A stretch of DNA of 61,418 nucleotides from a virus (Duplodnaviria > Caudoviricetes). Shown one piece after another: positions 42,909 to 54,700 of this stretch (positions are counted from its first letter, which is position 1; each line of letters opens with the position of its first letter). The notes under the pieces are model-generated. The model saw only the letters and a list, made by a program, of their open reading frames with translations, was not told the origin of the DNA and ran no database searches. The position numbers were made by a program, and so were the translations under genes. The stretch covers positions 1 through 61,418 of the IMG/VR virus record IMGVR_UViG_3300022179_000487; one strand, written 5' to 3'.

Positions 42909-45199
42909 GCGGCGCAAAGAAGGTAGCAAAAAAAGGCCTTGCAGCAGTACGCAAGGTTACGGGCGATACGTATGACGCGATTGGGAGAGTTGCTCAGAAG
43001 GTTGGTGATGCCGTAGAGTCGGTATTAGAAAACCCAAAAGCACTTGCCGCTGTTGCCATTAGCATGGCATTTCCAGCTGCCGCACCGTCTATTGGTAATT
43101 GGATTCTTGGCGCTGAGCTAGCCGCTGCATATCCGGCCGCTGCAGCCGCTGTGGGTAATATGTGTCTCAACACAGCCATGAACGGTGGCGATGTTGGACA
43201 AGCTGTTAAGACCACGGCTCTGCAGTACGTTGGCAACATTGGTTCTCAAAAGCTGACCGAGATTGTTAAGAATGCTGATATTGTTCCTGATGCCTTCGCT
43301 AAGAACATTGGGACCACAACAACCTATGCAGCCATCCAAGCTGCTCAAGGTAAGGATCCGACGGTTGCTTTGCTAACTGGCGGTGCTAACGCTTGCGCCC
43401 AAGTTATTGCTCAGGAGATCCCTGGGTTTACAGAACTTCCGAAGACCACTCAAGAGCAGATTACCCGTGCTACTGCAGCTGCGATCCAGGGTAACAGCAC
43501 CGGCGTTCTGAATGCGGCCATTGACTTTGGAGTCAAGTTTGCCAAGGACGAGTACAACGCTTACAAAGAAGCTAACAATAACGGGTTTGGTTATGATGCC
43601 GCCGCTTGGAAAGACGCTAAGGCAATTGGAGTTACTGATCTAAAAGATTACCAATATGCAAAAGAGATCGGGGCAGATAACCCATACGATCTTCAGGTTG
43701 GCAAAGCAATTGGAGCCAAAGATAACTTTGATTTGCAGTTGGCTAAAGACATTGGTCTTAGCACTGCTGACGATTTTAATTATGCCAAGCAAATTGGTGT
43801 TAGTAACAAAGAAGATTTTGACTTAGCCAAAGATATTGGTGCTCAAAACGCACTTGATATTGACTTTGCAAAGCAGCTTGGTATTGATACGTCCCAGGAC
43901 TTTGGTTATGCCAGAAACTTGGGCGTTAATAATGCTGAAGACTTTAATTTTGCCAAGCAAGTTGGAGCTCAGGACTTAACTGATTTGAATGTTGCCAAGC
44001 AATATGGCATTACAGACAAAGACACGTTAGATCAATATTCAGATTTCCTTGGGCGCGGTACTGAGATAGCATCGACCAACACAATCCAGGGTGCAAATGG
44101 CGATGAACTGACAATTGATAACGAGGGTAACGTTGTCAAGTACACCTATGGCACTGGTGAGAATCAGGTTGATTTGACCGAAGAGGTTGCTAAAGCAGCT
44201 CGCTCAGGTGGCTACACTTTGCGCGGAGATGATGGAAGCACAATTACCATAAATCCCAATGGCACTGTCTCTGCGACTGAAGCACCGGAGGATGAGTTCC
44301 TCCCAGGTGGTCAAAAGAGACCGTCAGTTTCTTATGCTCGTCTAATTAACCAAGCTGCTCAAAACCGGGCTATTACCCAAAAGAGTGAGCAAGGCGGTAT
44401 TAACGAAGCAACAATTGCTGCCACCGAGCGCATGAAGGCTAGCCCTCTTAACAAGACAGGCTACCAAGTTACTCAAGAAGATATTGCCGGCCTGATCCCC
44501 TTGCTTTTGGGAGATGGATCTCAACAGCAGGTTACGGAAGAAGGTGAAGACGGTCTTGCCAAGGTTGAAGTTGGCGGTCCTGAGGATGCTGACATTAACT
44601 ACTTGGCCAACTTAGGTGAAAGACCAAGTTACCTGGGATCTTTGGAGAAGGGTCGTCCTACTGAGGGAGCCCAGGTTGAGCCTGGCAAAGATGCTGGTGC
44701 TGTTACGCGAGGTGCAACGTTTGGCCCTCCGGTTGGGGTTGGTGGTGGTGGAGCTGGTTTTGACCGCTACACATCAAGTGGCCCGGTTGATCCGTTCGGT
44801 GGTGGTGCTGGGTCTGGCCAATATGGGCTTCCCAGTGGTGGCGTTGACATAATCAAGACTTTGCAATCCGCCGGTCTACAAGATCAAAGCAATGCAGAGA
44901 CCCAGCGATTGCTGAATGCTCAGGGCCCTGTGGCGATTGGTCGGATCCCACCTCCAGTTAAGCCCACTGGGTTGCCGGTTCCTGTGGCACCTGTTGCAGC
45001 TCCCGCAGCTCCGGCTCTTGCTGCTCAAGCCAATGCGCCTGTTGATCCTTTGAAGCAATTGCAGGAGTACGCAGGCTTGGCGGGTACGGCGGGAAGTGAA
45101 ACTGTCAACTCGTTATTGAAGTACCTTTTGTCCACGGGCAGCAAGCCCAGAGGAACAGAGGCGTACAAAGACATGTTCGGAAATATCCGTACCCGATAA
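42905..45199 (+). CDS. Putative internal virion/ejection protein with 14-aa repeats
   Basis: Ala/Gly-rich hydrophobic N-terminus; ten AKxIG repeats. Confidence 0.7.
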   Translation: MSGAKKVAKKGLAAVRKVTGDTYDAIGRVAQKVGDAVESVLENPKALAAVAISMAFPAAAPSIGNWILGAELAAAYPAAAAAVGNMCLNTAMNGGDVGQAVKTTALQYVGNIGSQKLTEIVKNADIVPDAFAKNIGTTTTYAAIQAAQGKDPTVALLTGGANACAQVIAQEIPGFTELPKTTQEQITRATAAAIQGNSTGVLNAAIDFGVKFAKDEYNAYKEANNNGFGYDAAAWKDAKAIGVTDLKDYQYAKEIGADNPYDLQVGKAIGAKDNFDLQLAKDIGLSTADDFNYAKQIGVSNKEDFDLAKDIGAQNALDIDFAKQLGIDTSQDFGYARNLGVNNAEDFNFAKQVGAQDLTDLNVAKQYGITDKDTLDQYSDFLGRGTEIASTNTIQGANGDELTIDNEGNVVKYTYGTGENQVDLTEEVAKAARSGGYTLRGDDGSTITINPNGTVSATEAPEDEFLPGGQKRPSVSYARLINQAAQNRAITQKSEQGGINEATIAATERMKASPLNKTGYQVTQEDIAGLIPLLLGDGSQQQVTEEGEDGLAKVEVGGPEDADINYLANLGERPSYLGSLEKGRPTEGAQVEPGKDAGAVTRGATFGPPVGVGGGGAGFDRYTSSGPVDPFGGGAGSGQYGLPSGGVDIIKTLQSAGLQDQSNAETQRLLNAQGPVAIGRIPPPVKPTGLPVPVAPVAAPAAPALAAQANAPVDPLKQLQEYAGLAGTAGSETVNSLLKYLLSTGSKPRGTEAYKDMFGNIRTR

Positions 45200-45236
45200 A
45201 TGACCAATTGAATAAAATGCCCCCAAGGAGCTAAAA

Positions 45237-47054
45237 ATGGCACTCGTAATGACTGGTGAGTTTGATCCCGAGACTGGGGAACCGTTATGGTCTTATGAAG
45301 AAGATCCCCCGATCACAACCACCCCTGATACTTCAACAAGCGATTATGTAACAGAGATCCCTAATACGACCAAGCCTGGCGAGATTGGGTATAACTGGAA
45401 GTACTATTCTGACGGCACAGCCATTTCTCCTGAAGGCAAGTACTTTTACCAAGGGCAGCCTGTCTATGACCCCAACAGGGCAACGCTCAACGATCTGGTT
45501 TCTCAGATCAGCAAAGGCAATCTGTCTGCTGCATCAGTTTCAAAATATATCTCGCAAAACCCTGCTCAGGCCGCTGGTCTGGTCGGTGGTTTGATGAATT
45601 TGAACACCCAGCCCACGTACAACCGGGTTGGTTATCAAGGTTCTATCCCTCAGTTGACGGCCACTCGAGCTGCTGTGCCGTACCAGAACGATCCCAATCG
45701 TCGTCCTGGCAGTGCGGGCCGTCAGTACTTTACTGATGTGCAATACACCGCCCCTGGCAACGCTGCAGCCGCTCAACAGCAGGCTGTGGAGCAGGCTAAG
45801 CAAATTGCCGCGCAACCCGTAAAGGCTGCTCATGGTGGCTTGATGGCTTTGGCCAAGGGTCGTTACCTGCAAGGATCTACTGATGGAATGTCGGATGAAC
45901 TACCGGCTGAAATCGATGGAGATCAACCGGCCGCTTTAAGTCATGGGGAGTTTGTTGTGCCTGCTGACGTTGTATCTCACCTGGGTAACGGTAATTCTGA
46001 TGCTGGTGCCAAGAAGCTCTATCAGATGATGGACAAGATCCGTATGGCTCGTACTGGGACTAAGCAACAAGGCAAGCAGATCAACCCAGACAAATACATG
46101 CCTGGCGGCTCGGTGGGCTATGCCGCTGGCGGGGGCATCAAAGGCTATTCCGGAGGTAATTTGGTTGATACTTCTACCAGGCCGGCTGGCACTTCCTACG
46201 AATCCAACCTGTCTACTTGGGCTGGTCCTTATGTGACCGGAATGCTGGGTAAGGGGCAGGCTCTGTCTGAGATGCCTTACCAGGCTTATCAGGGGCCACT
46301 GACTGCCGGCACTTCTGGCTTGCAGCAACAGGCTTTCCAGACCGCTGGTGGCCTTCAGGTTCCTGGCGCTGTGACCCAAGCAGCTCAGACCGCAGGCAAC
46401 ATTACTGGTCAGATGCAGGGCTTGGCTGGTGCTGCCTTTGGTGCTCCCCAGGCTCAGCAATACATGAACCCGTACCTGCAGGCTTCGCTTGATCCTCAGA
46501 TCGCAGAGGCTCGTCGTCAAGCTCAGATCACCAACATGGCCAATATGTCCAAGCTGACTCAAGCTGGGGCATATGGCGGTGGTCGTCAGGCAATTATGCA
46601 GTCTGAAGCCGATCGTAACTTGGCTACTAACCTGGCCAACATTACGGGCCAGGGTTACAACACCGCCTACCAACAAGCCATGGCTCAGTACAACGCTGAC
46701 CAGACCCGTAAGCTCCAGGCTTTGCAGGGTGCTTTGAGTGGCACCCAGGCTCAAGGTTCTCTGGGGGCTCAGGAAAGCCAGATCGGATTGCAGAACCTGG
46801 CTCAGCAGGCTGCTCTTGGCCAGACCCAGCGTGGCATCGAGTCCGAAGGCATCGCCGCAGACAAGGCTCAATTCGAAGAGGCCCGCGACTACCCGTACAA
46901 GATGGTTCAGTACCAGCAGTCGCTGCTCAGTGGCTTGCCGTTACAGACGCAGGCCCCGATCACGCCTCAGAGTTCTGGCCTTACAAACTTCTCGCAGGGC
47001 TATACGGCTTTGCAGAGTTTGTTGAATAATTTGGGTATCAAGGGCACGCCCTAA
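45237..47054 (+). CDS. Putative ejection (DNA transfer) protein
   Basis: Q/G/A-rich; GSTDGMSD..PA, LSHGEFVVPADVV, YMNPY. Confidence 0.7.
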   Translation: MALVMTGEFDPETGEPLWSYEEDPPITTTPDTSTSDYVTEIPNTTKPGEIGYNWKYYSDGTAISPEGKYFYQGQPVYDPNRATLNDLVSQISKGNLSAASVSKYISQNPAQAAGLVGGLMNLNTQPTYNRVGYQGSIPQLTATRAAVPYQNDPNRRPGSAGRQYFTDVQYTAPGNAAAAQQQAVEQAKQIAAQPVKAAHGGLMALAKGRYLQGSTDGMSDELPAEIDGDQPAALSHGEFVVPADVVSHLGNGNSDAGAKKLYQMMDKIRMARTGTKQQGKQINPDKYMPGGSVGYAAGGGIKGYSGGNLVDTSTRPAGTSYESNLSTWAGPYVTGMLGKGQALSEMPYQAYQGPLTAGTSGLQQQAFQTAGGLQVPGAVTQAAQTAGNITGQMQGLAGAAFGAPQAQQYMNPYLQASLDPQIAEARRQAQITNMANMSKLTQAGAYGGGRQAIMQSEADRNLATNLANITGQGYNTAYQQAMAQYNADQTRKLQALQGALSGTQAQGSLGAQESQIGLQNLAQQAALGQTQRGIESEGIAADKAQFEEARDYPYKMVQYQQSLLSGLPLQTQAPITPQSSGLTNFSQGYTALQSLLNNLGIKGTP

Positions 47055-47069
47055 AAGTAAGGATCAATC

Positions 47070-48776
47070 ATGATGCAACCCAGCGCAAATGGCATTGCCT
47101 CCCTGTTTCAAGGGAATCCTGCGGCCTTGCAGCAACGCGTTCAAAAAGAGGAACAGGCCAAGCCTGGTTTGCCTCCTGACCTGACAGAGTTGATGGCTCT
47201 TCAGATCCTGACTGAGGAGAATGACGCAGCCCAACGCCAGATGGCCATGAACCAGCTCCAGCAGGCCGGTGGTGCCAACATGCCTACGGTGGCTCAGACC
47301 CTCCAGGAGCGGGCTAAGCAAGCCCTGCAAGCACGCATGATGCAGGCGCAACAGCAAGCTCAGCAACCGCCCCAACCCCAGCCTATCCCCACTGCTCCAC
47401 CGGCAGACCAGCCTGAGGCTAGCCCTGAGATGTTGCAACAACTGGCTGCTTTGCAAGCCCAGGGTAAGGGTGGCTTGGATCAATTGCCATCGAATGTGGG
47501 TAATTATGCTGGTGGTGGAATCATTGCATTCCAAACAGGTGGTGATACTCCACGTCTAGATAAAGAAGATCCAGAAGAGCGTGATCGTCGAGAGCGTGAG
47601 ATGGAAATCCAGCGGCTTATCGCAAGAGCAGAGGCTGACAAGCAAGACCGCCCCCGCGTTGTTAGCCAGGTTCCTCCTGGAGGCCCTGATCTACCCCAAG
47701 GTATTGCTGGTGCTCGTAGATATCCCAAGCCGCCTGAGGCTCGGATGGAGCCCCCTGCACCTCCCGCTGCTCCGCCTACTGCTCCGCCTGCAGCGCCTCC
47801 TCAGCCCCGGCCTGCGCCCATGGGCATTTTGACTCCGGAGCAGGCATCTCAGGTTAAACAAGTTCAACTGGACCGCCTGAACCTGAATCCGTATGAGCGG
47901 GAGCGTTTGGCCCGGGAAGAGGCTGAGAAGTTTGTTGGTGCTCCTGAAACTGCTAGCCTGCAATCTTTGGCCGATGAGTTGGCAGCAAAACGTCAACGTA
48001 TTGCACAACGTCAGCAAGAGAACAAGGGATTTGATGCTTTGATGCGAAACATTGCTGCAGCTCCTCGTGGTCTTACCTCGGCAGCAGCTGGTGTGTTTGG
48101 CAGCGAACGTATGCGCGCTACAGAACGTGAGCTTGAAACGCAAGACTTTGAGACTCTTAAGAGCATGCTTGATACCCAGGCCAAGATCTCTGACGTCAAG
48201 CGTGGCTGGAAGAAAGACCTGTTTACGATTGGTAAAGCAGAGTTTGACAAAGTGTACAAAGACAATCTTGAAGCAGCACTTGCTTTGGGTAAATCTGATT
48301 CTGAAGCCAAGAAGCTGGCCCAAGAGGCTGTGCTTGAGGCTGACAGACAAGCTAATGCCGTTAAAGTTGCGAACATTTATGCCGGCCCGCAACAGGCCGC
48401 TAACGCTCGTACTGAAAGGGCAATTCAAGCTATGCTCAAGAAGCCTGGCAACGAGAAGATGACCTATGACGAGGCTCTTCTGGCCGTTACTAACCCGACT
48501 TCTTATTTGTCATCAGACAAGCAAAACCTTGCAACCATTAAGTCTGCTGCTGACAAATTAGCAATTTTGGCAGATCCTAGCAAGAGCCCTCTTGATCCTG
48601 AAGGTCAGAAGCAAGCTGCTCAAGATTTAGTTAAATTGACCAAAATAATGGCGCAAATGGGTGGGGCAGAAGTTGGTGGTTATGAACCAGTTACAGTTAC
48701 TGCTGGGGGTAAAACTTACTCCTTCCCAAATCAAGCCGCTGCTGATAAATTTAAGGCTCAAGCAGGAATCAAATAA
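47070..48776 (+). CDS. Putative ejection protein
   Basis: Helical, Q/P/A-rich; YAGGGIIAFQTGG. Confidence 0.65.
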   Translation: MMQPSANGIASLFQGNPAALQQRVQKEEQAKPGLPPDLTELMALQILTEENDAAQRQMAMNQLQQAGGANMPTVAQTLQERAKQALQARMMQAQQQAQQPPQPQPIPTAPPADQPEASPEMLQQLAALQAQGKGGLDQLPSNVGNYAGGGIIAFQTGGDTPRLDKEDPEERDRREREMEIQRLIARAEADKQDRPRVVSQVPPGGPDLPQGIAGARRYPKPPEARMEPPAPPAAPPTAPPAAPPQPRPAPMGILTPEQASQVKQVQLDRLNLNPYERERLAREEAEKFVGAPETASLQSLADELAAKRQRIAQRQQENKGFDALMRNIAAAPRGLTSAAAGVFGSERMRATERELETQDFETLKSMLDTQAKISDVKRGWKKDLFTIGKAEFDKVYKDNLEAALALGKSDSEAKKLAQEAVLEADRQANAVKVANIYAGPQQAANARTERAIQAMLKKPGNEKMTYDEALLAVTNPTSYLSSDKQNLATIKSAADKLAILADPSKSPLDPEGQKQAAQDLVKLTKIMAQMGGAEVGGYEPVTVTAGGKTYSFPNQAAADKFKAQAGIK

Positions 48777-51700
48777 TGGACTACGACGCTCTGGCAAAAC
48801 AGTTCGGTGGGGTCGAAACAAAGCCAGAGAATCTGGATGCTTTGGCCAAACAGTACGGTGGTACTTTAGTCAAGGAGCCAGGCTTCTTATCCAACGTAGG
48901 AGAGCTCTTAGTCAAGGGCGGCAAGCAAGCCCTAACGTCAGCTGAGGTTGCCCCGGCCGTCATCTCTGGTGGTGATGTTGCGGCCAAGTCTCGCGTGATT
49001 GCCGAGCAGTTGGCCACGCCCACAGCCAATGAGCCTAGAGAGCTAAAAGAGATTAAGGGTGCCTTCAAAGAAGAGGGCAAAGCCTGGGAAGAAGCTCAAG
49101 GGTTCATGCAGGGCTCCAAGGCTATTGGCGAGATGCTCTATGAGGTGGGGCGTCAGGCCATTACCAATCCCAAGGGCTTGATGTACATGACCGCTGAACA
49201 GGCGGCAAACATGGTTCCCTCTATCGTCGGCATGCTGGCTGGTGGTAAGGGTGGTGCTGCTGTTGGCGCGCTTGGTGGTCCCGGTGGTGCGGCCATTGGT
49301 GCTGGTATTGGAGCTATCGGCGGCGCATTCACTGGCCAAGCCCCTGTTGAGATTGGCTCTGAGTTCATTGGCTTGATTGGTAAAGAGCTTCAAAAACGTG
49401 GGCTAGAACCCACCGAGCGTAACGTCCAGGCCCTGATGCAGGACAAGGCGTTCGTGCAACAAGCCATCTCTGACGCCCGTACCAAAGGCGCTACAACTGC
49501 CGCTATCGACGCGGCTACTACGCTTGCCGGCGGTAGGTTTGCTGGCGGGGCTAAGAACGCAGCTATCAAGGCAGCTCGTACTGAGCTTGGTGCTGGCGCT
49601 GATCTGACTCAAATAGCCAGCCGGGCTAACGAAATCATGGCTAGCCGCACGCTTGCCCAGAAGGTTGGCCGTGGCCTGGGTGGTGCTGGCATCGACATTG
49701 CCGGCGGTGGTATCTCTGAAGCCGGTGGCCAGCTCGCGGCCTATGGCAAGGTGGATCTAGAAGATGTTGCCTTGGAAATGTTGGGCGAGCTTGGAGGGGC
49801 GGCTGTTGAGGTTCCCTTGGCAGCACGCTCCCTGCGTACTCCTGGCCTTCCTGGGGCGCTTAAACAGCCTGCACCTACCGTTACCCCTCCTGAGGCTGTT
49901 GCGCCTCCCACAGAGCCTTCTGCGGCCCCGCCTGCTCCGCCTGCCGAACCCATGGCACAAGCAGCCCCGTCAGAGGCCCAAGATACTTCCGAAATGCTGA
50001 GGGAGATCCTGGCTCAAACAGAGGAAAGACCTGCTGCACAACCGCCTGTTTCTACTGGTAAACCCGTAGAACCAAAGGTAACACCAGGGCCTGTTACACC
50101 CCCAGAAGTGAGTACTTTTGGGACAGAAGTGAAACAAGTTACACGCACTCCACAGCCCCCTGTTGCAGCGGCTGAGCCTGCGGTAACGCCTGCCCCTGAG
50201 CAACCAACTACTCCTCCTACCGCGCCTGCAGTAACGCCTACTGCTGCGCCAACAAACACGTTGGATCAGCTGCTAGGCGGCGCATTTGCAGACTCAGAAA
50301 TCGGTATTACGCGGGCATCTACAGTTAGAGATGCAATTAACGCTATTGCTAAGATTCCTGGCGCAAGATTGAATAAAAATGAACTTAGTTATCCGCAAAA
50401 AATTGCTGGCGCGTCAAACGCTTTAATCCTAAAAACACCAGAACAACAAGAATACGCAAAAACACTTCTAGAACAACAGCGCAAGCCAGCGGCTACTGAA
50501 GACTGGTGGAATGAACTTCCAGAAATAAAAAGTGAGAATATTATTGCCCCGGCTGGTGAATACAAACCAGGGCAAAAAGTTGAACTTAATGGCCGCACAT
50601 GGATTGTTACCGCTGTTAGCCATACCGGAAATCAAATTACCGTTAAGTCTGCCGATGGTGCATTTGAAGAGCGCCGAATTGAAGTAGCCAAGGTTGCACC
50701 TACCCCGCCTGCAGCAGTAACCCCGACACCAATCCAGGTCTACATGGGTCTGGAAGATGCTTCAACCGAGTCGTTGAAAGATGGCCCTGTCAAGGATGTG
50801 TTGTTAGCGAGTGGCATGATTAACGGCAGAGGAATCTTGACGCCATCTGGCCGTGATTTGCTTACCAAAATTAAGCCACCCGGGCTCAGTGCAAGACAGC
50901 CGACCGGCGAAGAAGCCGAGGCGATGATTCGTGAAAACGTGTTGCAACCTGCCGCAAAGGCACCTGCCATTGCTCCTGCTCCTGCCGCCCCTGTAACGCC
51001 TGCCAAACCGGCCGCTGTTGAGATCGTCGAGCGTTTCCCCATGGGCGAGAACACCGAGTACCGGGTGGTTAAGACGCAGGTTGGATACGCTGCCAACCTA
51101 TATGACGCAGATGCCGGCAAGTACGTGCCTGGATCTGCCCGTATATTCAAGACCGAAACCTTTGGCGATCAGGCTCGGGCCAAGGCTACTGAGTTTGCCC
51201 GTGGCGAGTTTGAGAAGACACAGCCCAAAGAAACTCCCAAAGCAGTAGAGCCTGAAGCCAAGCCTACCGAAGCTGACGAGAAAGCCAAGGCCAAGCAAGA
51301 CCTGGAAGACGCCCTGGGTGATCTGTCCATGCTGTTGACCAAGCCTGGTCGCATGAACATCGTCCCTGAGGATGAACAAAAGCTCATGCCGATCCTGACC
51401 AGGATTATGGATGCAGCCTTCCGCCTTGGAAAGATCAAGTTCAAGGAAGCTGCCCGGTTTGTAATGGACACGATCCGTTCCAAGCTGGGTGACGAAGCTG
51501 CTGACCAGATCACCCTAGATCACCTGCAGGGTGCCTACATTGGAATGGCCGGCAAGTACCAGGATCAGGGTGCTAGCTCCAAGAAGGAAGTTATCGCTGT
51601 TGAGTCTATGGAAGGTCTGGCAGAAGCTCCTGCCGTCGATCCTCAGGCGATTGCTGACCACTTCCTGGAAGGAAATGAGTTTGGCAACATCAATGCTGCG

Positions 51701-54700
51701 CGCATGTTCTTGACCAACAAATTTAATGTTGATGCACGTCCGGGCACAGAGGGTGCCAAGAAAGCTGATGAAGCCATTGAGGCAGGGATAGTTATTGCCG
51801 CTCGTCAGATCGTCAAAGACGGCAAGAATCCTCAAGACATTTTTGATAAGTTGGTGGACCTTTATGATCGCCAGCCCAACCTGTCTGTACGCAGCTCAAC
51901 CAGCGTAGCCAACCAGGCTTACTCCACGCCCGCCCCTCTGGCCTATGTGGCGTCTGAGCTGGCTGGCATCACCAACAAAACCAGCGTGCTTGAGCCCACT
52001 GCAGGCAACGGTATGCTGTTGATCGCGGCTAACCCGGACAAAGTTACAGCCAACGAGCTGGACAAGGGTCGCTTTGAGGCTTTGAAATCCATCATGCCTG
52101 GCGCAGACATTACCCAGGGTAATGCTCTGGAGATGGACATTGAGAACAACGCCTTTGACGTTGTGATTGCCAACCCGCCGTTTGGCAAGGCTGGTGAGAT
52201 CAGCAACATCGACCACGACATTGTCCTGAAGTCCTTGGTTGGGATGAAGGAAGACGGCCGCGCTGTCCTGATTGTTGGCGGTGTCCAGGCAACGACCGAA
52301 GAGGGACGCCGCGAGGGTTACAGAGGCCGTGCCAAGCGTGATTTCTATTACGAGCTGTACAACCTGTACAACGTCGTGGATCACTTTACTGCCGGCGGCA
52401 ACATGTACGCCAAGCAGGGCACCACCTATCCCGTTGATGTGATCGTGATTGATGGGGTTGGCAAGTCATCCCGCGATCTGCCTGCAGCTGACCTGCCAGA
52501 GCTCATCACCACATACGAACAACTGAAGGAGAAGCTAAATGAACCCATGGTATCCCGAGAAGATCGTGGCACCGCCGGAGCTGACGTCGGTGTTAGTGCC
52601 GAGCGGGAAGCTGAGCGAGAAGCAGTGGGTCGAGGCGCTGAGCGACCGAGTGGCGGACCTAGCGCTGAAGGAAGAGAACCCGCTGGAGGCGGCGAACGAG
52701 GCGTGTCGGAGGCTAGACCTACCGAGCGTGGACAACGCGAACCAAGTGGGCGAGGCGCTGGTGAAGTACAACCTAAACCTGCTGACGTATCTGAGCGTGG
52801 AGCAAAGGGAGAACCAGTGGCCGGCGCAGGTGAGCGGGCCAAGCGAGCCGGCGAAGAAGGCGCTGAAGGACGTGGACTTCCCAAGCTGGGTGGAGTTAGC
52901 GTTGTCTCAGGTGAACGTGTCGGATCTGGCCTAGCAGAGCGCCGTGGCCTGGAGACCGAGACAGAAAACCAGGTTGCTTACTATCCCCACTCTAAAGCCA
53001 GCTCTGTTGGAACCCTGGTTCCCAAGGCTATGGCTGAATCGATCGAGAACTCTCTAGCCAAGATTGAGAGCTCGGTCGGAGACCTGGATAACTACGTTGC
53101 TGAGTCTTTGGAAATGGATCCTGAGACGGTGCGTGAGCTGTTCTCTGCTGAGCAGGTTGATGCTCTAGCCCTGGCCATCTACAACGCAGAGGCCGGCAAA
53201 GGCTTCATCATTGGCGACCAGACCGGCGTGGGTAAGGGCCGTGTTGTGGCTGGGATGATCCGTTACGCGTTGATCAACAACAAGATTCCGTTCTTTGTGA
53301 CCGAGAAGCCCAACCTGTACTCGGACATGATCCGGGACTTGGACGATATCGGGATGACCAAAGAGCTTGGCCTGGATACAGCTAAGCCCAATATCCTGAT
53401 TACGAACAATGACGAAACGATTCCCTATACCCTTTTGCGAGAGGTTAATGGGGAGATTGTTGAGAACAACTTAACCCTCAGACCTCCAAAAACTGGCGGT
53501 GCAGAGATGGATGCTGTTCTCAAGAAGATGCAGCAAAACGATAGCCTGGGTGATTACAAAGTAGTTTTCACTACGTATAACCAGTTACAAACGGTTAGAG
53601 GCAAAGAGACCGAGCGTCAGAGATTTATCAATCAGTTTGCCACTGGCAACTACATGATCTTTGACGAGAGCCACAACGCTGGCGGTGCTGGTGAGACTCA
53701 GGCTCGTACCAAAGAACAAAGAGAGAAGGCTAAAGCAGGTGAAAGCCTGGTGACCGGGCGTGCATCATTTGTACGTAATCTGGTTAACAAAGCCTACGGC
53801 ACGTTCTTCTCCTCGGCCACGTATGCCAAACGCCCTGACGTGATGGATCTTTACTCCAGCACGGACATGAGCCTGGCTGTGGATAAGATTTCTGATCTGG
53901 CAGAAGCCATCAAGTCTGGCGGCATTCCGATGCAGCAGACCGTGGCCCGTATGCTGACTCAGGTTGGCCAGTACATTCGCCGCGAGCGCACGTTTGCAGG
54001 TGTCTCGTACAACACGCAGGAAACCAGCGTAGATAAGCAAACAGCCGAGAACATGGCCACGTCTATGCGGGACATCCTGGCCTTCTCTCGCGCCAAGGAA
54101 GTAGTTGTCAAAGACTTACAAAAAGAGTTTGACAAGCAAGGTGCCAAGCTGGCCATAGAAGGCGAAAAGACCAAGGTGCAGAGTGCGAACTTTGGTTCAA
54201 CCATGCACAATCTGATTAACCAGATGTTGTTGTCTTTGAAGGCGCAGGACTCTGTACGTCACGCCATCGAGAGATTGAAGGCTGGCGAGAAGGTTGTCAT
54301 GACCGTATCTAACACCATGGGCTCTTTCTTGAAGAGCTATGCTGATGATATGGACTTGAACGTTGGCGATGCCGTTGAGCTGTCATTCAAGGATCTGTAC
54401 AACCGCTATCTTGAAAAGCAACGCACTATCACGATCAAACCACCCAAGGGTAAGGGCGAACGTAAAGAATATCGTTTGACGGACGCCGACCTTGGGCCTG
54501 AATTGACCAAGCAATTCAATGATATTCAAAAGTTCATTGAGAACGCTGGTTTTGGTTCTGCACCCATGTCTCCGATCGACTACATGCACGCTGAGTTGCG
54601 TAAGGCAGGCTACAAGACTGAAGAGATCACGGGTCGTACCATGACCCTGAACTACGAGAGTGGCCGTCCCATTCTGACTAGCCGATCTGCCAACATCAAG

